Positions 21,148 to 30,708 of a DNA stretch of 34,773 bases are shown in pieces. Made by a program: the position numbers and the translations under genes. The stretch is taken from the NCBI GenBank assembly GCA_035250975.1, contig DATFEP010000006.1:1-34773 (forward strand), in the 5' to 3' direction. Below the pieces are notes generated by a model. It made no database searches. It had not been told where the DNA came from and worked only from the letters and a program-made list of their open reading frames with translations. This DNA is from Nitrososphaeraceae archaeon (GTDB lineage Archaea > Thermoproteota > Nitrososphaeria > Nitrososphaerales > Nitrososphaeraceae). Every line of letters begins with the position of its first letter. The stretch's first letter is position 1.

Positions 21148-21823
21148 ATTAATTCAAACATAATTTAGATTTTATTAAATATTTTGGTACATATACTACA
21201 AATCTGGTATATTTCTATTCTCAGAGTATCAAAAATTGTTTTATTTAGTGTAAGCGAACTTGGAATTTTTTTATCCATAGTATGAGATCAAATGTGCTAT
21301 ATTTTTAACTGTTAGTCTTTCTATTGTTATCATCTGGTTACAAATTCTAAAAAAGAATTTATCCGCATCCGAATGCTATATAGTTGATATATGTATTAAG
21401 TATATTATATTCGATTGATGCTGTTATTTTTAGGTAAAATTATCTTCGTTGGCGATGGGAACTCCAGCAAATTTCATACTATCTCATTTTAAAGGATTAT
21501 TAAAAGATTCAATGGTGTCTTTAGAATATTATTATTCGAACAATCAATTTAATTTTTTCCGACAGATGGATAAAAATAACATTCCAATACAGGTGGAGGT
21601 CATTCTATTTCTTGTAAATCTGATCTTATCAAAATCAAGCATTGTATTCATCCATTTAATTACCATGCATTATGTTCAATAAGTCTGTTGAATTTGTCAG
21701 TTGTAATAAGTTTCTCTACAAATTATCTAATTCAGATTATATTTTCTTTCCACAGAAATTGTAGTTATCTTTTACGCAAAATCAGTTTGGTTTGCTTTTA
21801 ATAATTTGTTTAAAAGGATATAC

Positions 21824-21840
21824 TTTTCGGCGCCGAGAAA
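21824..21840. promoter_or_regulatory. Palindrome TTTTCGGCGCCGAGAAA, copy 3 (one mismatch)
   Basis: Intergenic between the divergent M14 paralogue 2 and subtilisin, about 190 bp upstream of the subtilisin ATG. Confidence 0.55.
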
Positions 21841-22029
21841 TTTCACTGAATATTAGCTGCTAATTATGTTTTGATCTGGTAAAATTTAAGTTCAAGAATT
21901 GCTCTGATAAAGACAAAATAGGTTTCAAAACAATATAATGATTTTAGAGATGGTTCATGAGCTTTTGTATGTCTAAATATAATGAGTAGACACCGAAAAA
22001 TATTTAACAGATGATTATCACCAAGCAAC

Positions 22030-23244
22030 ATGGAAGATAAAAAAGAATCTTACATAATAATGTTCAAGCCAAAAGACAAAAGGAAAGACAAGAAAAGTGA
22101 CAAGACAGAAATCTTTGCTTCAGTCACTAAATCTGACCTAAATTTTGTAGAACCAAGGAACAAAATGCGTATTGCTACTATTCCGGATGAAGAGATTTCT
22201 TTTGACATAAATCAATATCAGGCGCCTATATTGACCGCCTCTTTAACGAAGAACCAGGTTACATCCTTAAAGAAGCATGATGATATTGTCTCCGTTGAAC
22301 CAGATGGAAAAGTCTATGCCTTGGGAGGTTTTGAAATCGAGGGACAGCCTTCTCTATCTGCAAGTGAAACTGTGCCATATGGTATTGATGCGGTCAAAGC
22401 ACCATTAGCATGGGACATAACCAAGGGAAAGGGAATAAAGGTTGCAGTGGTTGATACTGGTATTGATTATACGCATCCAGACCTTAAAACAAATTATAGG
22501 GGCGGAATAAGTTTTGTGCCCACAGAAACAGATCCTAAAGATCATAATAGACATGGATCGCATGTTGCAGGTACAATTGCTGCATCCATGAATGGCTTGG
22601 GGGTTATAGGTGTAGCTCCTTCAGCCTATCTTTATGCAGTTAAAGTTCTAGGTAGTGCGGGACAAGGAAACTGGAGTTGGCTTATCGCAGGACTAGATTG
22701 GTGTATCACCAACAAAATGCAAGTAGCAAACATGAGCTTGGGTTCACCAACAGCTGCCCCAACTGCGGTTGAAAGTATTTGTAACCTTGCATGGGAAAAT
22801 GGTTTGATTCTTGTAGCTGCTGCTGGAAATGAGGGAACGCAAAAACCTGTAGGTTATCCTGCAAAGTATAAATCAGTTATAGCAGTGTCTGCAATAGATA
22901 GTTCGAATGTAATTGCTCCTTTTAGCTGCACAGGACCGGAAGTAGAAGTTTGCGCACCAGGAGTAAATATTACGTCAACAGTACCAGGAGGTGGATATAG
23001 TAGTTTAAGCGGGACAAGTATGGCTTCACCTCATGTTGCTGGTGTTGCCGCATTAGCTCTATCTACTCATAGATGGCCACTTGGTGGAGTCCCTCAGAAT
23101 GTTGCAATAAGACGGTTGTTAGCAGCTACGTCTGACAATCTTGGAATCCCCGGACGTGATAAAGTTTTTGGATTTGGAAGAGTCGATGCAGAAGAAGCAG
23201 CTTTCTCTATGGATATTCCACCAACACTGCCAGGAATTCCATAA
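22030..23244 (+). CDS. Subtilisin-like S8A serine protease with I9-type propeptide
   Basis: VAVVDTG (Asp), HGSHVAG (His), AAAGN (oxyanion Asn), GTSMASPHVAG (Ser). Propeptide YIIMFK...VSVEPDGKVYAL. No signal peptide. Confidence 0.96.
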   Translation: MEDKKESYIIMFKPKDKRKDKKSDKTEIFASVTKSDLNFVEPRNKMRIATIPDEEISFDINQYQAPILTASLTKNQVTSLKKHDDIVSVEPDGKVYALGGFEIEGQPSLSASETVPYGIDAVKAPLAWDITKGKGIKVAVVDTGIDYTHPDLKTNYRGGISFVPTETDPKDHNRHGSHVAGTIAASMNGLGVIGVAPSAYLYAVKVLGSAGQGNWSWLIAGLDWCITNKMQVANMSLGSPTAAPTAVESICNLAWENGLILVAAAGNEGTQKPVGYPAKYKSVIAVSAIDSSNVIAPFSCTGPEVEVCAPGVNITSTVPGGGYSSLSGTSMASPHVAGVAALALSTHRWPLGGVPQNVAIRRLLAATSDNLGIPGRDKVFGFGRVDAEEAAFSMDIPPTLPGIP

Positions 23245-23294
23245 CAATTTATTTGATTCGTAAGTGATATCTTCAAAAGTTAGACACAACTAAA

Positions 23295-23352
<58 letters not shown>

Positions 23353-23353
<1 letters not shown>

Positions 23354-23643
23354 CAAGATGGGTTATCTAAAGCTCTTACATCGTTTGAATCCTCTTCTAT
23401 GGCGACTATCTCGGGTATTTTTGAAAGATTTATTATATTTCTCAAGGACACCAGTCCAGAAATATAGTCTATTTTCTCAAAAACATTTGTAATCTCCATT
23501 TCGAATTGATGCAATGTAGACCGATCAAAATTGATGAGATACTTGGGTTGAAATTTTACAAGAACTGCTATTTTCTTCTCTTTATCTACATTGTTATCGT
23601 TTAATAACCTTGTAATTTTTTCATCTATTTTGGAGGTACCCAT
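23353..23643 (-). CDS. Stand-alone subtilisin propeptide/I9 inhibitor-like protein
   Basis: IAVLVKF...ITNVFEKIDYISGLVS...LSKIPEIVAIEEDSNDVRAL follows the I9 beta-alpha-beta-beta-alpha-beta pattern and mirrors the neighbouring propeptide end LKKHDDIVSVEPDGKVYAL. Confidence 0.7.
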
Positions 23644-24285
23644 TTTATACGTTTGTCAAAATACATATATAAAACTTATCTTTAATAGGATAATGATTAA
23701 CATTGGTAAAGTATTATCATAATAAGTAGTTTGTGAGCTATAAATATTCTAAACTTGTGTCCTTTATTATGTTTTAGGTAGTACCTAAGATCTAAAAAAG
23801 TTTTTACAAGCATTTTTGATAGGATTGACTACAAATCCATATTTGGGTTATTGAATCTAATTTCAAGCTTTCAGATAAAGATGAAAAAATATTGTCCATA
23901 GATGTATCTATAAATACACACCATGTATTGTTATAACCTCCATAATTTTATCATTGAACTTTTGCTAAACGGTATAGCTAATAGCTACTCTGATCGAAAA
24001 TTTTGCCTGATAGTAAAAAAGTCAGTATAGTTATGCTAATTGGTATACTTTTTCTTTTTCACATATTTTTTCGAAAAGAATGGAAGATTGAACCTCTTGA
24101 TTGCAATTCGTACGGGTATAAATGTCAATAAGGATTTCTGTGACAGGTAAAGAATAAGTTACTAAATTATATAATCATTTTGAGAGTATATCATAAAAAA
24201 TAAGGCAACATAAAATTTAATACTCGTTTTACTTTTTATCAATTCTTACCAGTAAAATTCAAGTAAATATATTTATTATAACTCT

Positions 24286-24558
24286 TCATTTTTTTGATAA
24301 ATTTACTTCAATATTCTTTTTGGAACTACTTTCAGCTTTGATTTTTACACTCTTTTTGATAAATTCATCTGAAATCACTTCAATAACATATTCTCCTGCT
24401 ACAGGCATTGAAAGAACAAATTTACCATCATCATTTGTTAATGCGGCAATGTCTGGAAGTGGTACTGGTCCTGCTACAAAAGATACCCTAGCTTGGGAAA
24501 CTGGATTACCATTCTTGTCTTTAACTACTCCGTACATTACTATGGGAGTTTCTGTCAT
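24286..24558 (-). CDS. Carboxypeptidase regulatory-like (CarboxypepD_reg/transthyretin-like) domain protein
   Basis: GVVKDKNGNPVSQARV...TNDDGKF...GEYVIEV. ATG at 24558 preferred over TTG at 24600. Co-oriented directly downstream of the S1B protease. Confidence 0.85.
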   Translation of the reverse strand: MTETPIVMYGVVKDKNGNPVSQARVSFVAGPVPLPDIAALTNDDGKFVLSMPVAGEYVIEVISDEFIKKSVKIKAESSSKKNIEVNLSKK

Positions 24559-24625
24559 ACCTAATGGTCCGGATTTAAAAAAATTATTGCTATAAAGCAA
24601 TAATTTATAATATTAATGCGCGTTT

Positions 24626-25585
24626 TTATGCCTTCCATGCACGCATGTTTTCAAATACAGCAGTCACTATCCTGGTACCAGAATTTGTTGTTGCTCCACC
24701 ATAAGCATGAATCGCAACAGCATAGCGATTTCCATTTATAACGCGATAAACCGCACTACCACTCTGTCCCCCATAAGTGTCAATATCATAATAGACCTTT
24801 CTACTGTTGACTGATGCAACCTTATGATAGTCGTACCATTGCGTTCCTTGGGGTTTATCGCCGGGATATCCGGATATATTTACTGTAGATGCTAACAAGT
24901 CCGAATCTGAATAGACGCCAAAACCAAACCAACCTGTTGTATTACCCAAATTTGTCGGAAGTATAATTGCTCCATAATCATAATTTTCGTTACCACTATC
25001 AGTCCATCCTTTTACAGAACGGAAACTAAAACTAGTAACAGCTCCATATGGGAGAGTGTTTCCATTACGTCCTGGCATAACCAATATGCTTTTAACCCAT
25101 CCATCACGCCCAGGAACGCCACTATTCTTAATATAAACAACATGACCAGCAGTAATTAATGTATGTGGTCCGATAAACCAACCAGTGCCTATCCATTTTG
25201 AATTATCTGCTGCTGTAATGAGCAAAGAACTATGTACTCTCCAAGGGTACACACCTGTATTTGTGATTTGTATTCGATTGTCCACTCCATGTACTGTTTC
25301 TAAAGTTACTCCAAATGATGCTTCGCCTATATCTCGCAAATTAGCGGTATCAGGTGCATTAAACATCATATCCATTGATTCAATAGATTTCCTTTTGCCG
25401 GCGACAGCCTCGGTACCATCCTTATTAGCCTTTTCAGCTGTCTTACCTTTACCGTCTAATGGTTCTTCAGAAACAGGTTTTGTTATAAAAAAATCGGATT
25501 CCATATCCTGAACAGTCATTTCATCTTTATTTGATACTGATGTATGTCCACCCTTAGGTGTCGAAATTTTCTTTTTTGCTGACAT
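24626..25585 (-). CDS. Glutamyl endopeptidase-like (V8/S1B) trypsin-fold serine protease, pro-form
   Basis: ITAGHV (His), YDYGAI (Asp), DTYGGQSGS (Ser, with S1 Thr), AIHAYG (S1 His), GYPGDK, and a mature-type N-terminus TVHGVDNR after a charged pro-region. No signal peptide. Confidence 0.92.
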   Translation of the reverse strand: MSAKKKISTPKGGHTSVSNKDEMTVQDMESDFFITKPVSEEPLDGKGKTAEKANKDGTEAVAGKRKSIESMDMMFNAPDTANLRDIGEASFGVTLETVHGVDNRIQITNTGVYPWRVHSSLLITAADNSKWIGTGWFIGPHTLITAGHVVYIKNSGVPGRDGWVKSILVMPGRNGNTLPYGAVTSFSFRSVKGWTDSGNENYDYGAIILPTNLGNTTGWFGFGVYSDSDLLASTVNISGYPGDKPQGTQWYDYHKVASVNSRKVYYDIDTYGGQSGSAVYRVINGNRYAVAIHAYGGATTNSGTRIVTAVFENMRAWKA

Positions 25586-26173
25586 CTTTTTATATTTATT
25601 CTGATCATAAATAAATTTTTTGGTAAGAGGTCGTTTGATTGTTTATTTCCATATATCCTAGACATTTATTTCAAGATATTTTTTATATCTTAATTAAGGA
25701 TCTCTGAAAATTGTCTGCATATAAACAATAATGCCTCTTGTTACTTTACACAGACAAGGTAATTCTCATCCTTCTTTTCCAGTATTGTAAATAACTTTTT
25801 GAATCCATCATCTATTAATTCGTACTGTCTTTCTATAATATTTCTTTTGGGAGGAAATATCTTGAAATTTATGTTATTACAATAGATCATTAGAAATATA
25901 TTTTCAGTACATGAATCATTAAAGAAGTAAGATCAAATACTAATTAACATAATTTTTTCTTGTATATAACATCTAAAAAATCAAGATCTTACAGAAAGAG
26001 TATGTTGCATTATGAAGAATCTGTAATAGAACTTGTGTTAGCTATTATAGGATATCAAACTTAAGCGAATATGAATTAGGATGCTAAAGATACGTTAATT
26101 TAGTTCCATCTATCTGGATTGAGATTTAAAATATTTGGAAAAACTTCTTAAGCAATGGATTAAATTGACTAAT

Positions 26174-27739
26174 ATGTCACTTAACGATAAGAGTGATCGT
26201 TCAATTTATGGTTATTGGGAACCAATAAAATACAAATTTAAAAATTTACCGGTTCATATGGCATTACTTCATACTGGACAGGTACTGGCGTTTGGCGGGT
26301 CTGGAAATGACCCTCGTTATCTTAAAAACCCATTTCCTGCAGACATATTTGAGCCCAATGAAATAGGAAAAGATAATGGTAAAATATTTACAATTTCTAA
26401 TGATGGTATAGAAGGAGACATTTTTTGTGCTGGCCATACATTTCTTCCAGATGGTAAATTATTAGTAGCTGGAGGCACTTTTAAGTACGATGGGTCTGTT
26501 TTAAATCCAAAGATTCCACCATTTTGGGGCCTTGAACAGACTTACCTTTTTGATCCGTTGACACTTAGGTGGGAAAGAGTTCAGAATATGAAAAATGGAC
26601 GCTGGTATCCAACCTGTATAATGATTCCAGATGGAAGAGTAGTTACAATGGCTGGATTATCAAAGAACTTTCCTTGGGTATTTCTCGGAGAAATAGAGGT
26701 ATTTTCCAGTGAAAGGAGGGAATGGAAGACATTGAAGGGGTCAAATTGGAGACTTCCGTTATATCCCAGACTTCACATCCTTCCTAATGGTGATATATTT
26801 TATGCAGGTTCATTTAATACTCATTATGTTTATCCATTTGTGGTCACAGCCTTTCCAAGCGCAACCTTAAATATACATACAGGAAAGTGGAAAACAATTG
26901 GAAATCCAAATAATGTAAAAAGAGAGGAAGGTACCACTGTTTTACTCCCCCTGTTACCTCCTGATTATCCTGCGAGGATTCTTTTGATAGGTGGAGGAAC
27001 GCCCCAAGGAGAGGATGCTATTAGTGATGTAGAATTGATCGACTTTTCTAGATCTAATCCTAAATACCAAAGAAAAGGTAACATGAAAAATCCGAGGTAC
27101 TATAACTATGCTGTAATATTGCCAGATCAGAACATACTAGTTCTGGGAGGAAAAATTGGTAAAAAAGGTCACATACCCGATCATGACCTTAGAACTCTCC
27201 GTCAACGTCACCGTCACGATGGACAATTGCATCACATACCAGAAGCAGTTATGGAACCAGAGTTATTTAAACTAGATGAAGAAAAATGGTATCCAATGGC
27301 TGATATGAAAGTTGACAGGTTATATCATTCAAATGCATTATTGTTACCTGATGGTCGAGTAATGACAGCAGGAAGTAATCCAGAAAGAACTATGAATGAA
27401 TTAAGGATAGAGATTTTTCATCCACCATACCTTTTTAAAGGCATGCGTCCAACAATAAATAAGGTTCCAGATCGACTGAGATACGGAAATACCTTTGAAA
27501 TAGAAACAAATGAAGCTTCAGAAATCGGATCGATTGCATTGATCCGACCTTCGGTAACTACGCATTGTTTAAATGTTGACCAGAGATATGTAGGACTAGA
27601 ATTTAATCAAATAAATTCAAATATTTTGAAAACATCAGTTCCTACAAATAGAAATATAATTTTACCAGGATACTATATGTTGTTCATAGTAAGTGAAAAT
27701 AAAATTCCATCTGTTGCAAGATTTGTAACTGTTAACTAG
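26174..27739 (+). CDS. AA5 copper radical oxidase (galactose/glyoxal oxidase-like; Kelch propeller plus C-terminal DUF1929 Ig domain)
   Basis: DIFCAGH (cofactor Cys), RWYPT (cofactor Tyr), RLYHSNALLLPDGRV (Tyr/His Cu ligands), VTTH (His), PGYYMLF...PSVA. ATG at 26174 preferred over TTG at 26135. No signal peptide. Confidence 0.93.
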   Translation: MSLNDKSDRSIYGYWEPIKYKFKNLPVHMALLHTGQVLAFGGSGNDPRYLKNPFPADIFEPNEIGKDNGKIFTISNDGIEGDIFCAGHTFLPDGKLLVAGGTFKYDGSVLNPKIPPFWGLEQTYLFDPLTLRWERVQNMKNGRWYPTCIMIPDGRVVTMAGLSKNFPWVFLGEIEVFSSERREWKTLKGSNWRLPLYPRLHILPNGDIFYAGSFNTHYVYPFVVTAFPSATLNIHTGKWKTIGNPNNVKREEGTTVLLPLLPPDYPARILLIGGGTPQGEDAISDVELIDFSRSNPKYQRKGNMKNPRYYNYAVILPDQNILVLGGKIGKKGHIPDHDLRTLRQRHRHDGQLHHIPEAVMEPELFKLDEEKWYPMADMKVDRLYHSNALLLPDGRVMTAGSNPERTMNELRIEIFHPPYLFKGMRPTINKVPDRLRYGNTFEIETNEASEIGSIALIRPSVTTHCLNVDQRYVGLEFNQINSNILKTSVPTNRNIILPGYYMLFIVSENKIPSVARFVTVN

Positions 27740-27957
27740 ATATATTGATAGCAATTTTGAGAAAATGAATTTGAATGAGTGGCATATTCTGTATATATTT
27801 GGTCAGATCTGAAATAGGAAAAAAATGCAATAACTTGTATTGTTCTATGATGCCTGTGCATTTTTTATCATGTTTTAATTATCAACATATGGAAATTATT
27901 TAGTGATGTACAATTAGATCGGATATTTCTGTTACAAGTTTCGATGTTTACAATAAA

Positions 27958-28398
27958 TTATGTCGGGGGTTCTATTAGAAATCTTTCACATATTATCTTA
28001 GGTCCATGTTTGAGAATAATGGCAACTATATAAGCTACTATCCCAGAGATTAAATTCCAAGGAGACGGTAATACTTTTTTTAAAATTTCTATTAATTGTT
28101 CTATAAATTTGTCATTTATTTTTTCATCTTTATTTTTCTCCCACCAATTGCAAACTTGTTTAGCTATTTTTTTCCAATACTTTTTAAGAAATTTAAATCC
28201 TACATCTTTTAAGTCTGTGGGAATTATCATCTTTTCTTCAAGGAATTTCTCTTTCTGTACATTTTTCTTGCTAGATTTTTCAAATTCATTAATTTTCTCT
28301 GTTATAACAACTCGTGTTCCCAAACCTTGATAAATTTCATTCAAGTTTTTTTTCCTTAGCTGTTTAACAATTGCAACATCTTCATTAGACATGATCAA
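27958..28398 (-). CDS. Hypothetical Lys-rich protein with amphipathic/hydrophobic C-terminal helices and a Cys pair
   Basis: 146 aa: charged N-terminal half, then GFKFLKKYWKKIAKQVCNWW, LISGIVAYIVAIILKHG and PKIICE. ctttatata about 15-25 bp upstream on the minus strand. Confidence 0.75.
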   Translation of the reverse strand: MIMSNEDVAIVKQLRKKNLNEIYQGLGTRVVITEKINEFEKSSKKNVQKEKFLEEKMIIPTDLKDVGFKFLKKYWKKIAKQVCNWWEKNKDEKINDKFIEQLIEILKKVLPSPWNLISGIVAYIVAIILKHGPKIICERFLIEPPT

Positions 28399-28508
28399 AA
28401 CATCTATTGCTTGTATATAAAGATAATTATCTAAAGACAGTCAAGCAGATAAAAAGTCTTACCTATGTCAGTAAATGAAATTCTAACCTATGTGTATAAG
28501 TACAACAA

Positions 28509-29560
28509 CTAACTATAAATTTTAGATATTTTGTATATGTCGCCACCATAATTGGTAACATATATGTTATTATTATATGCACTTATTATTATTTTTTCTA
28601 TATTATAAATATAGTATGGAGATTTATATAATGATATCACATCCACTAATCTGTAAGACGTGTTCAAGATGAAGATGTTTCCTGCATAATGCACGTAGAC
28701 ATTCCTATAATTGTCACTAAAGATATTTTGAGGATAATCATACAAAGACAGGCTTGAGCTTCTTATCTCAAAAAAAGGTGAATGCAGATTCTATTTTCGT
28801 TGTACCCAATTGTTGTGTCAAAACATGAATACTGTCTGGATTTAATTGAGAATTAATATCTTTATTCCTTGTATGTTTATTCGGTTTGTGTTGTTTAGTG
28901 TAACCCCGTCGTAAACATATAGTATATAACCTGATACTACATATATTGTGTTAGCTGCAGAATTACAAAAATTGGACAACTAAGATAGCAAAAAGGGAAT
29001 TGATCCTTTTTAATATCTATTGTTTTACTATCAATAATTAAGAGATTTTTACCTTTAAGACCATATACTTTTTCAGTATTTTTGTTTACATTTAATTTAA
29101 CCATGCTATACTCTGATGAATTTGATTCATAAATAGATATTATAGATTTTTTGTCTTGGATCTCTTCTACGAAAATGACATCTTTTCCTTTTTCTGAGTT
29201 AGTTTTTGTTGCAATATATAAGAGATCATTAATTGGATTAAATACCACATCTCCTGATCCCGCAATTTGGTGCACATAATTCAAATTTGATGTTTTTGCT
29301 ACCGTCTATAAGGTTAATTATGAATAAAGTATTTTGATTGTATTGCCAAATGTTTTGTGACCCGTAAAATATATATATTTATCATCGATAACGACGTCAT
29401 CTATGTAATACTTATAGTTACAATCTTGAATTTTAGTGACATTCCATTTTTCAGCATCAGTTTGATCAGAAACATCAAAAATGAAGATAGTGAGTACAAG
29501 CAGAACAATTATTGTTCTGATAAAGGAAAAATATTTATTATAAATTGAAAAATATTTGGT
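28509..29560 (-). pseudogene. Frameshifted secreted YncE/YVTN-like beta-propeller protein
   Basis: Consecutive minus-strand fragments in different frames: signal-like IIVLLVLTIFIF, VVFNPINDLLYIAT, VNKNTEKVY, NSAANTIYVV, YVYDGVT, YNNNIYVTNYGG, which are YncE blade motifs. Could also reflect assembly errors. Confidence 0.6.
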
Positions 29561-29948
29561 TGGGTTAGATTTAAACTTCTCTGTGCATATATAAACTGGC
29601 TCTAAAGTAACACAAAATTTATAAATTAAATCGAAAAAATCTACTAAAATTGAGTACATAACAGGTAAACAAAACATATCTAATATTTTATACTAACTTA
29701 AGAGCCTAGAAACCTATATCTATAAAAATGATGGCAATGAAGAGTTATTTTTTAATTAAAATACTCTTATTGGCAAATGTTTGTCAAGCTAAAAAATATA
29801 TAATATACAAAGAGATTTGTTTACTTTAACCTGATCTTTTCCTGATGAAACTTGGGGGAAGTATATTTCTAGAGGTTAGATCGAAGAAGAATAATATAAT
29901 ATAATGTGTCCACGTCGTTAGTCTAACATAAAAAAAATTATAATTACT

Positions 29949-30234
29949 GGCTCTGATGAGTTAAGACTACTTCACCTCGCTTCTGTGTTTGTTATAAATA
30001 TGGGAAGAACCCAATCGTTGAATTCAATCCCATACAGCAACAAAATGACTTCTCTTTTGATCCTTAAAAGGTTCCAATGCATTAGACGTATTACGTAAAC
30101 TGAGACAACAAGAAAATACACATACTAAGAATACATTACAATAAAGGCTGAGGTTCTATTTCTAACAAATTTTAGCAACACATGTTAGAGTAGAACATTC
30201 GCAGCTGAATCTATTTCCTTAAATTAACAGGTGC
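29949..30234 (-). mobile_element. Internally deleted IS6-family element (MITE-like), with both putative terminal inverted repeats
   Basis: Minus strand reads LLKFVRNRTSAFIVMYS*YVYF..LSLRNTSNALEPFKDQKRSH.VAVWD*IQRLGS (archaeal IS6 N-terminus), joined directly to an element end. ggctctgatgagttaag (29949) versus reverse complement gcacctgttaatttaag (to 30234) match at 11/17. Confidence 0.7.
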
Positions 30235-30708
30235 TGTGTAACTATAAGATCTTTTTAGATACATGTCATACCTCTTCGTATCCTGAATTCGACGGATGCT
30301 GTTTGAAGTTGAACAGGGATAAGAATACATAATACATAACAAGAAAGAATTTTACATGTATTCAAAAGATCTATTGAAGGTGTCAATTTTTGTATGACTG
30401 CATAATGTGGTATTCACCAAGTGATGTAATAACCTCAAACATTATGCTTCAAAAAAATAAGCTGAAATATTCTAGTTTTTCTTATATTTCATACTGTTGT
30501 ATTATTGTAAGTAACACTAGGTGTGGCTAGATTCTGCAAATGTGGCTTCTCTTTTAGATAGTCGAACATGAAAATGTTTTAAAATGGAGTAATTTTACCG
30601 ATGTAACATATCCGCATTGTTATTTATTCAATAACTAACCAATGATGTGAATATCTATGATCTTTTTGATTTCATCACAGCGTAGATTATTGGCTTTGAA
30701 TATTTATT

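Noticed and set aside
21449-21720. 77-aa ORF and a faint minus-strand RFTRNR..IG similarity to an IS6 N-terminus
   Set aside because: Too short and degenerate to support either a gene or an IS call.
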